In this document: one piece after another, positions 56,301 through 63,017 of the stretch | Position numbering within the stretch: position 1 is the stretch's first letter | Layout of the letters: every line of letters starts with the position of its first letter | Source of the DNA: Flavobacteriales bacterium | GTDB taxonomy: Bacteria > Bacteroidota > Bacteroidia > Flavobacteriales > Flavobacteriaceae | Direction of reading: 5' to 3' | Length of the DNA stretch: 64,000 nt | Assembly: GCA_004213995.1 (NCBI GenBank) | Contig: SGZJ01000004.1 | Span: 725-64,724, forward strand | The notes under the pieces: model-generated | The model's input: the letters and a program-made list of their open reading frames with translations, nothing else | Database searches by the model: none | Told to the model about the DNA's origin: nothing | Program-made: the position numbers and the translations under genes

Positions 56301-56820
56301 CAATTATGTTGGAGAATTTGATTTTGGATTATCTTCATCCTCTGATGCTGTTAGGTTATTTAACTCTGAAATGGTAATTCAAGATGAAGTTTATTATACC
56401 TCTTCTTTCCCTTGGCCAAACCTAGGAAATGGAGATGGCTATACATTAGAATTAATATCTCCATCTTTAGATAACAGTTTGCCAGAAAATTGGACTAATT
56501 TTAATGAACATGGAAGTCCAAATGAAGTCAATTCACCAACTGCTAACACAAATAGCATTGAACAAACTAGCTCAGTCTTGTGGCCTAATCCTGTTGGAAA
56601 TAGCCTAAATATTACGCTAAATATTAAATATTTAGATAATTACACCATTGAATTATATGATCTAAAAGGAGTGAATCTAAAGGAAATTTTTAGAGGAACT
56701 CTTGATTTAGGCGATAGTAATATATTTTATAGTACAGATAATTTATCTTCTGGTGTTTATTTGATAAAAATTAGTTCAGATAGTGGAAATAATAAAATGA
56801 TGAAATTTATAAAGAAATAA
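53305..56820 (+). CDS. CotH-kinase-family protein with two lamin-tail (LTD) domains and a T9SS C-terminal sorting domain
   Basis: LTD-like segments at both ends (IRINELVASN..DWIELYNYG and IVINEINYKS..DWIELYNPN). The central part is CotH-like (..YLNGEYWGLYNIREK.., WRWILYDTDFSF). The C-terminus (LWPNPVGNSLNI..GVYLIKI..) is a T9SS CTD. Confidence 0.8.
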   Translation: MNLIRLCCFLIFTQIYSQDIRINELVASNSIFQDEDGDTPDWIELYNYGSSPVSLINWSISDEEDDNNPWVFPEIILSEDEYMLLWASNKNRGQLTYPRTLITEGDLFKYITPTSPVSSNWTNINYNDNSWSEGSSGFGYSDGDDSTNIPSGTISVFIRKDFTISDINNIVSLVLDIDYDDGFVAYINGVEVARANINGSPPAYNATTNTDHEAQIYVGGYPERFVIDNFQNILIEGTNTLSIQAHNVSDTSSDLTIIPFLTGIFTDDNSQGVFPPDVLQYASENTSLHTDFKLSSSGETIYLRDNSGNLVDSLSFENLQSDVSIGVSTNSTNLVYFQTTTPNEENDNSESAGIVSSVVQFSDDGGPVNNTINLSLSGNEDGEYIRYTLDSSEPDYTSIFYDSPIQINSTTVVRAKIFKNNYIPGYSDTRSYFYNINHEIPFVSIVSDPYNLFDNDYGIYELGDDADGGFPYFGANFWEDWERPAHFSLFNPDGELEIEFNAGIKIFGAYSRGNAQKSFSFFARGQYGLSEFDYPFFSELNYSKFQAFILRNSGNDWLKSQIKDAANTSLMYGTDLEYQSHRSVASYLNGEYWGLYNIREKVNEHFLASKANVDPDEIDILTNNAEIVHGTNEEYLNLINFISGNSLTIQENYEYVKSKIDIDNFIIHNVIQIYGDNRDWPGNNIKFWKSDGGKWRWILYDTDFSFAGQWWDWSVNNHYLVNTLDFVLSGNQTTWANAPWATFMLRNLIENLEFRNKFVNRYADEMNTRFLPSDVVQHFNDIYEVILDEVPDHIERWNSDDDPYNYVELMINFAVNRPEYAKEHILSELDLPNYHKVSLENSTPNFGFIRVNNNLKIQEQVWNGDYFEEVPITLKAVPEFGYAFSHWSGAINSSDEEITLDVNNDKFLEAHFVEDQTPTDLNIVINEINYKSSDDFNPNDWIELYNPNSYEVDISNWIFSDDNDANIYEFPENTIIQQESYLVVVKDIDDFSDSYTEISNYVGEFDFGLSSSSDAVRLFNSEMVIQDEVYYTSSFPWPNLGNGDGYTLELISPSLDNSLPENWTNFNEHGSPNEVNSPTANTNSIEQTSSVLWPNPVGNSLNITLNIKYLDNYTIELYDLKGVNLKEIFRGTLDLGDSNIFYSTDNLSSGVYLIKISSDSGNNKMMKFIKK

Positions 56821-56822
56821 TC

Positions 56823-58262
56823 TTAGCTGTAAAGATCTTTTAAAAGATACGGTTTTTCGTTGTAAATTTTTATTATTAGTTCTCCAAAAAGCGTATTGGC
56901 CCATGCAAACCACGACCTGTTGTAATTTGATTGATCGTCTTTATGAAAAGCTTCATGCATAAATCCAGTTTTATTGTGAGTACTTAATAACATTTTTAGA
57001 CATTTTTTTATTTCCTCATCATTTGTAGAAGTCATTGCTCTTAAAATTATACCCATAGGCCATATTTTATCTTTTCCTGTATGAGGACTTGCTTGCCCTT
57101 CAGCTTCACTTCCTTTGAGAAAATATGGATTGTTCTCACTGATTAAAAATTTTCTTGTATTTGTATAAATAGGACTATTTTTAAATTCTTCATCTAAATA
57201 AGCAAGTGACATTAATGATGGTACATTAGCATCATCCATAAAAAGTTTATTTCCAAAACCATCAACTTCATATGCATATATTTTGCCAAAATTTAAATGT
57301 TCTTGGACAGCATACTTTTTTACTGCATTTTCGATTTCATTTGCAAAATTTTCACATTCTTTTGAAAAATTTAAACTAAATCCTTCTTTTTTATAAATTG
57401 AAGCAACTTGTCTCAAGGAAATCATTGCAAAAATATTTGAAGGTATTAAAAAACCAAATAATGTTGCGTCATCAGAAGGTCTAAACATTGAAGCTATTAG
57501 TCCAACAGGCTTTAAAGGTCTACCAGTACCATTAAAGACTGGAGCATCAATCATTTGATTTCCATTTCTTAAAAATCTATAGGGGGAATCTCCATTTTTT
57601 CTTTGTTCTACTTTAAATGTTTTAATTATAATTTCAATAGATTTTTTCCATTCTTTATCAAATATTGAATTATCATTAGTTAATTTATAATATTCATTTG
57701 CTAATCTTATTGCATAGCATAAAGAATCTATTTCCCATTTTCTTTCATGTACCCCAGGAATTGGATTTGGAATATCACCATTGTACTGAGATACTTTGCT
57801 TAAATCTTTATAAAATGCATTAGCGTAAGGATCTGTAAGTATACATTTAACTTGTCTATTTATTAACCCCTTTACTAATTTTTTCAACTTTACATCTTGA
57901 TTAATTAGAGGTAAGTATGGCCATACTTGTGCTGTAGAATCTCTAAGCCACATTGCGTCAATATCTCCTGTTATAATAAATGTATCTGGTTTTTTATCAA
58001 TTATTTCATAATCGACTGTTGTATCCAAAGTATTAGGATAACAATTTTCAAACATCCAGGCGAGTTGTGGATCTGAGATCTCTTTTTTTAGTTTTTGAAT
58101 TAACTTATCAACTGAGCTACTTCTAAAAGTTCTGTTTTTTGGAATTGGTCTATTAGTTAAGAAAACATTTTCTCCGTTAAAATATTTATTACCAAATATA
58201 TTTGTTGAGTAAGCACCAGCTAATGCTAGCCCAGTATTTAAAATAAAGTTTCTTCTTTTCAT
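56823..58262 (-). CDS. Glycoside hydrolase family 125 (DUF1237) exo-alpha-1,6-mannosidase-like protein with a Tat-type leader
   Basis: N-terminal MKRRNFILNTGLALAGA (twin-arginine). ..GDIDAMWLRDS.. and the overall alpha/alpha-barrel-like sequence resemble GH125 as I remember it. Confidence 0.7.
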   Translation of the reverse strand: MKRRNFILNTGLALAGAYSTNIFGNKYFNGENVFLTNRPIPKNRTFRSSSVDKLIQKLKKEISDPQLAWMFENCYPNTLDTTVDYEIIDKKPDTFIITGDIDAMWLRDSTAQVWPYLPLINQDVKLKKLVKGLINRQVKCILTDPYANAFYKDLSKVSQYNGDIPNPIPGVHERKWEIDSLCYAIRLANEYYKLTNDNSIFDKEWKKSIEIIIKTFKVEQRKNGDSPYRFLRNGNQMIDAPVFNGTGRPLKPVGLIASMFRPSDDATLFGFLIPSNIFAMISLRQVASIYKKEGFSLNFSKECENFANEIENAVKKYAVQEHLNFGKIYAYEVDGFGNKLFMDDANVPSLMSLAYLDEEFKNSPIYTNTRKFLISENNPYFLKGSEAEGQASPHTGKDKIWPMGIILRAMTSTNDEEIKKCLKMLLSTHNKTGFMHEAFHKDDQSNYNRSWFAWANTLFGELIIKIYNEKPYLLKDLYS

Positions 58263-58280
58263 GAATTTTTGATTTAAGTA

Positions 58281-58313
58281 AATTTAAATAAAACTTAAAT
58301 AAAACTTAAATAA
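58281..58313. repeat. Three tandem 11-bp units (AAyTTAAATAA) in a divergent intergenic region
   Basis: AATTTAAATAA, AACTTAAATAA, AACTTAAATAA, lying between the GH125 and DoxX starts. Confidence 0.8.
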
Positions 58314-58361
58314 TAACTAAGATTTACTTTTTGTTGTAAATTGTGTTTTAAAATTTTTATT

Positions 58362-58727
58362 ATGAATACAAATATTACCCTTTTAATAACTAGGATTGTA
58401 TTTTCATTGTCTATGATGACTCATGGATATCCTAAACTTCTAAATTTATTTTCAGACAACCCAAGTTTTGGAAACCCAATTGGTATTGGAGAGATTCCAA
58501 CATTAATAATTGCAGTTTTAGCAGAATTTATAGCCCCAATTTTCATTATTATTGGTTATAGAACTAAAATATTTACATTATTACCTATAGTTACTATGGT
58601 AATAGCTGCATTTGTTGTTCATTTAGATGATCCTTTTAAAAGAAAAGAACTTGCATTATTATATTTAGTAGGTTTTCTTATTATTTTTCTAATGGGACCA
58701 GGGAAGTATTCGGTCAATAAAAAATAA
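58362..58727 (+). CDS. DoxX-family membrane protein
   Basis: Four TM helices and ..MMTHGYPKL... I prefer the ATG at 58362 over the TTG at 58341. Confidence 0.8.
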   Translation: MNTNITLLITRIVFSLSMMTHGYPKLLNLFSDNPSFGNPIGIGEIPTLIIAVLAEFIAPIFIIIGYRTKIFTLLPIVTMVIAAFVVHLDDPFKRKELALLYLVGFLIIFLMGPGKYSVNKK

Positions 58728-58886
58728 ACACTGTAACGTTTTCGATATTTTATATTTATAATTTAAGAGTAACACGATTTCATTGTTATATTTTTAATAA
58801 TTAGGTTTAATTATTAACATTTATTGAATAATTCTTAAATTTTTTTTTGAAAGACCTAATTATATTTAAATTTATAAAAATTATAT

Positions 58887-58902
58887 TGGCATCATATTTG
58901 CT
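58887..58902 (+). promoter_or_regulatory. Candidate sigma-54-type promoter (TGGCAT-N5-TTGCT), or alternatively a degenerate -7 box
   Basis: TGGCATCATATTTGCT ends 22 nt upstream of the ATG at 58925. The overlapping CATATTTG is one mismatch from TAnnTTTG. Confidence 0.3.
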
Positions 58903-58924
58903 GATTACAACTAAAATTCACATT

Positions 58925-60187
58925 ATGAAATATATATATACTCTACTATTATCATTTTTATTTATCGGTTGTTCTGATAATTCAGAGCCTTTAGATCAAT
59001 TTGCTGAACTTTCTGACTCGGAACTAATTGAATTAATTAAATCTGCTGCTGATAAACAAGAGATTTCAATTACTGAGATGCCTGATATTTCTCAATCATT
59101 TATTTCTGAAACTTTTAATTTTGCAATAGTTCAAACGGTTTTTCATGCTCCAAATCTTGGTTATGAGGTAACAATGAGTAGAGGTGGTACTACCAGAACA
59201 CTTATGTCATTATCATCTCTTATTAACGTTTATTTTAATAATGACGGTGAATTTTTGTCTAATGATTTTGATAGTGAATATGATGAATGGGATCAGAATA
59301 TGTGTTTTGATGTAGAATTTCCTATTTCTGTAAATTTATCTGATGGTAGTGTTGTGACTATTTCAAATGAAGAGGAACTCTATGAAGGGATTGAAGAATA
59401 TTATGAAATGGGAGAAGAAGATAATTTACCCGAAATTAATTTTCCAATAAATATTATTTTTTATTATGAAAATGAAAATGGTGTTGAATCTGAAGATTTA
59501 GTTGAAATTGGTGATTACGAGGAATTAGAGATGTATTTTGAAATGTGTGAAGATGATGAGGATATTAATGATGATGAAGAAAATTGGTCTGAATTTAATT
59601 GTGTTGATTTTGTGTATCCAGTTACAATAGAAAGTCCAGAAGGAGAGAATATCTCATTTGAAAATGAAGATTCATTAAATAACTATATCGAGAGTTGGTA
59701 TAACATGAACAATAATGAAGAATTTGAACTAGTATTTGTATTTCCATTATCTATTGAATATTTCTCTGAAACAACTGATCAATTACAGACAATTATAATT
59801 AATTCAGATGAAGAACTTGGAGAATTTATTGAAGAATACTGCTTAGACGAACAAGATAACGATGGTGAAGATGATAATGGTGGTGATACTGATGATGGTG
59901 ATGACGAAGATCTTTTTTCTGATTATTCGTGTGGTGAAGTAGTATTTCCAATTTCAATTGAAGATCCTAATGGAGTTGTATTTAATAGTGATAATGAAGA
60001 ATCATTATTAGAATATATAGAACAGTGGTTTGTAGATAATGATTGTAATAATGTTGATTGTGATGATGACTTTGAGGTTGTTTATCCAATTACACTATTA
60101 TACGAAACTGAAAATACGGTAATATCAACAACTATAGAATCTGAAGAAATGCTTGAAGAAATGAACGAGCAATACTGTAGTGACTAA
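58925..60187 (+). CDS. Highly acidic lipoprotein built from three Cys-bracketed repeat modules
   Basis: Lipobox LFIGC follows the ATG at 58925 (the ORF-track TTG at 58847 adds a non-signal extension). Six copies of an F/Y-P-I/V-S/T-I/L motif fall in three modules of about 82 aa. The sequence is very rich in Asp and Glu. Confidence 0.75.
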   Translation: MKYIYTLLLSFLFIGCSDNSEPLDQFAELSDSELIELIKSAADKQEISITEMPDISQSFISETFNFAIVQTVFHAPNLGYEVTMSRGGTTRTLMSLSSLINVYFNNDGEFLSNDFDSEYDEWDQNMCFDVEFPISVNLSDGSVVTISNEEELYEGIEEYYEMGEEDNLPEINFPINIIFYYENENGVESEDLVEIGDYEELEMYFEMCEDDEDINDDEENWSEFNCVDFVYPVTIESPEGENISFENEDSLNNYIESWYNMNNNEEFELVFVFPLSIEYFSETTDQLQTIIINSDEELGEFIEEYCLDEQDNDGEDDNGGDTDDGDDEDLFSDYSCGEVVFPISIEDPNGVVFNSDNEESLLEYIEQWFVDNDCNNVDCDDDFEVVYPITLLYETENTVISTTIESEEMLEEMNEQYCSD

Positions 60188-60190
60188 ATT

Positions 60191-60961
60191 TTAAAACTTT
60201 AGATGCCTAACAGTATCTTCATTGTTGATTATCTGTTTTAACGACTCTACACCTAATTTAAGATGCTTTTTATCAAATAAAGCAGAATTTACATCATCAT
60301 TTGCCTGTGTTTTTATTCCATCTGGAATCATTGGTTGATCAGTCACAAGCAGTAATGCTCCGATAGGAATTCTATTATGAAAGCCAACTGTAAAGAGTGT
60401 TGCTGTCTCCATATCTATTGAGTATGCTCTTACTTTTTTTAGATAATTTTTAAACTTATTATCAAACTCCCAGACTCTTCTATTTGTTGTGAAAACTGTT
60501 CCTGTCCAGTAATCAATTTTTTGATATTTTAATGCCGAAGAAATTGCTCTTTGTAATGAGAATGATGGCATTGCAGGCACCTCTATTGGAAAGTAATCAT
60601 TAGAAGTACCTTCCCCTCTAATAGCACCAATTGGTAGTACAAAATCTCCAATTTCAATTCTCTTTTTTAATCCACCACATTTTCCTAAAAAGAGTACTGC
60701 TTTTGGTTTTATAGAAACTAATAAGTCCATAACTGTAGCAGCATTAGGACTACCCATTCCAAAATTTATAATAGTTATATTTTCGTGAGTTGATGAGGGC
60801 ATATTTTTATCTTCACCATCAACAGAAACTTTGTTTATTTTTGCAAATTCATCTACATATTTCTGGAAATTTGTAAGTAATATAAATTCACCAAACTCAT
60901 CTAATTCTAATCCTGTGTATCTAGGTAGCCAATCTTTTACTATTTCTTTTTTTGTTTTCAT
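60191..60961 (-). CDS. amn: AMP nucleosidase-like (short form) / nucleoside phosphorylase-fold protein
   Basis: 256 aa with ..DWLPRYTG.. at the N-terminus and a PNP/UDP-type core (..FGMGSPNAA.., DMETA). Confidence 0.75.
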   Translation of the reverse strand: MKTKKEIVKDWLPRYTGLELDEFGEFILLTNFQKYVDEFAKINKVSVDGEDKNMPSSTHENITIINFGMGSPNAATVMDLLVSIKPKAVLFLGKCGGLKKRIEIGDFVLPIGAIRGEGTSNDYFPIEVPAMPSFSLQRAISSALKYQKIDYWTGTVFTTNRRVWEFDNKFKNYLKKVRAYSIDMETATLFTVGFHNRIPIGALLLVTDQPMIPDGIKTQANDDVNSALFDKKHLKLGVESLKQIINNEDTVRHLKF

Positions 60962-60966
60962 ACTAC

Positions 60967-60974
60967 AAAACTAA
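60967..60974 (-). promoter_or_regulatory. -7 promoter box (TAGTTTTG on the minus strand) abutting the amn start
   Basis: Plus-strand CAAAACTA lies 5 nt upstream of the ATG at 60961. Confidence 0.3.
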
Positions 60975-61200
60975 CAAATTAAAATTGGCATCATATGATT
61001 ATTTAATTTTAACTATATCGATTTAGTTATTTTTTATGTTTATGATATGTAATTCGTGAAATCAATAAGAAAATTTTGGTATTCTGATTGATTTAATGAT
61101 AAATATTTAATTTATCAATATCTATTTAAAGTAATTTGAATAATTAGTTAAATTTAAATTCTAATATCTTGTCTATATTTACAACTAAAAAATACGAAAT

Positions 61201-62925
61201 ATGAGATTGTTTTTATTTATTATATTTTTCTCTACATTCCAATTATTCAGTCAAGTAGTCACAGTTGAAGAAAGAAAAATATTTCTCGATGGTGAGGAAT
61301 ATAGAATTAACGGTATTTGTTATGCACGTGGAGAAGGAAATGGTGAAACATCTGGTTTCTCTTACGTTGATGATATTCCCTTACTAGTTGAAGCTAACGT
61401 AAATACGATTAGAACATATTCAATGATTACAAATGTTGCTGAATTAAATGCATTTGCCGAGGCAGGTATTAAAATAATTATGCATTTAAATGAAAATAGT
61501 TATACATGGTATGTTAATCAATATAAAGATCATCCAGCTATTTTAATGTGGGAATTTGGTAATGAATTTAATTATCATCCCGAATGGTTTGGAGGTAATA
61601 TTGATAACTGGTACAGTCTGTTAGAAACAGCTGCTGCAAATGTAAAGACTATAGATCCAAATCATCCAGTTAGTACAGGCAATGGAGAAGTTCCTTCTTT
61701 AGATGTAATTAATAGTTGTCCTAGTGTTGATGTTTGGGGTATGAATATTTATAGATTTTTAAATACAACGAGCGCTATAACTGATTTAGCTAGTTATTCT
61801 GATAAAGCTATGTATATTTCTGAATCTGGAGCTGATAGTTTTAATAACAATCAACAATCAGAAAATCAATCTCAGCAAGCCCTAGCCACGGAACAAATCT
61901 TAAATTCAGTTTTAAGCTATTCTGATTTATGCGCAGGAATTACTTTATTTGAATTTTGTGATGAGTGGTGGAAAGCTGGTGATCCAAATTCGCATGATCC
62001 AGGAGGTTTTCCTATTAGTGTTGCTTATGATAACTTTGCAAATGAAGAATATTGGGGTATAGTCAATAGAGATAGAACCAAAAAAGAATCTTTTTATGTT
62101 GTTAAAGAAATTTATGGAAATCAAGGAGGAAATGGTACTAATGAAGATTTAATTACTTTTTTAGAGTCTGGAACTTGGAGATTGCAAACTGAAGTTGATG
62201 GTTATAGAGGAGTAGGTCCTGGAGGTTCTTTCAGTGCAGAGTGGTGGAATTCTACTGCAAATGAGGATAATACTTCATATGGGCTATATGATGATAGATT
62301 TAATTTTTATGGAACTAGTATTTCAGGACAAAGTATAATGGAAGTTGACACTGGTTCTGATGGTTCAATAATGGGTAAAAAACCTGAAATTGATGCTGCC
62401 TTTGATCCAGGTAATAATAATAGTTATCCAGCTGATAACGAGTTTAATGAATATTATAATTATCCAAAATCTGATTATTCGGATAGTTTTGTCTTAAGTG
62501 ATGAAGGGGCAAGTACAGAAACAATTACATTTAGTAGTAATGGAGGTTTAGGTTTTTACACTGCATTAAATAATCAACAATATCAAGTTTTAGAGAGAAC
62601 AGAAACTTCTATGTATCTAAGAAACGTTGGATCAGAAGGAAATTCATGGTATGGAAAATTTACAACAGATGTTTTATCTAATCCTAATTTTGATCAATTA
62701 CAGTTGAGAATTTACCCAAATCCTACAAACTCAGGTATTGTGACAATTCAATCTTCTATTAGTGGAGAAAAGCATATCAAATTATTTGATATTAATGGAA
62801 GATTAGTTTTAAATAAAAAATTAAATTCAGATTATTTAAATATTGGCTTTATAGAATCGGGAATGTATTTTGTGCAAGTAACTGTTGAAGGTAAAATTTC
62901 CAATTCAAAATTAATTATCAAATAA
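61201..62925 (+). CDS. Clan GH-A (TIM-barrel) glycoside hydrolase with a C-terminal binding-like module and a T9SS sorting domain
   Basis: Signal peptide, then a putative acid/base residue in MWEFGNEF and a nucleophile in MYISESGAD. A middle Trp/Gly-rich module follows. The C-terminus (RIYPNPTNSGIVTI..GMYFVQV..) is a T9SS CTD. Confidence 0.75.
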   Translation: MRLFLFIIFFSTFQLFSQVVTVEERKIFLDGEEYRINGICYARGEGNGETSGFSYVDDIPLLVEANVNTIRTYSMITNVAELNAFAEAGIKIIMHLNENSYTWYVNQYKDHPAILMWEFGNEFNYHPEWFGGNIDNWYSLLETAAANVKTIDPNHPVSTGNGEVPSLDVINSCPSVDVWGMNIYRFLNTTSAITDLASYSDKAMYISESGADSFNNNQQSENQSQQALATEQILNSVLSYSDLCAGITLFEFCDEWWKAGDPNSHDPGGFPISVAYDNFANEEYWGIVNRDRTKKESFYVVKEIYGNQGGNGTNEDLITFLESGTWRLQTEVDGYRGVGPGGSFSAEWWNSTANEDNTSYGLYDDRFNFYGTSISGQSIMEVDTGSDGSIMGKKPEIDAAFDPGNNNSYPADNEFNEYYNYPKSDYSDSFVLSDEGASTETITFSSNGGLGFYTALNNQQYQVLERTETSMYLRNVGSEGNSWYGKFTTDVLSNPNFDQLQLRIYPNPTNSGIVTIQSSISGEKHIKLFDINGRLVLNKKLNSDYLNIGFIESGMYFVQVTVEGKISNSKLIIK

Positions 62926-62932
62926 GCCTTTT

Positions 62933-62940
62933 TATTTTTG
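62933..62940 (+). promoter_or_regulatory. -7 promoter box (TATTTTTG) upstream of the TPR gene
   Basis: An exact match 77 nt upstream of the ATG at 63018. Confidence 0.25.
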
Positions 62941-63017
62941 TACATATTTATGTTTCACTCTAACACGTGAATTAACAAAACTATTTTTACTTACCTTAAG
63001 CCCAAAATTATTTAATT

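Noticed and set aside
58847-58924. N-terminal extensions proposed by the ORF track: 58847 TTG, 42416 GTG, 53296 TTG, 58341 TTG, 47613 TTG, 24239 ATG, 32553 ATG, 43844 TTG.
   Set aside because: In each case a downstream ATG gives a canonical N-terminus (a lipobox or signal peptide, or the family-typical first residues). Several of the extensions also overlap a predicted -7 promoter box.
53305-62925. The CotH / GH125 / GH-A hydrolase region, considered as a polysaccharide utilisation locus (PUL).
   Set aside because: There is no SusC-like TonB-dependent transporter or SusD-like lipoprotein anywhere in the window. The genes are on mixed strands and interspersed with unrelated functions (DoxX, amn).
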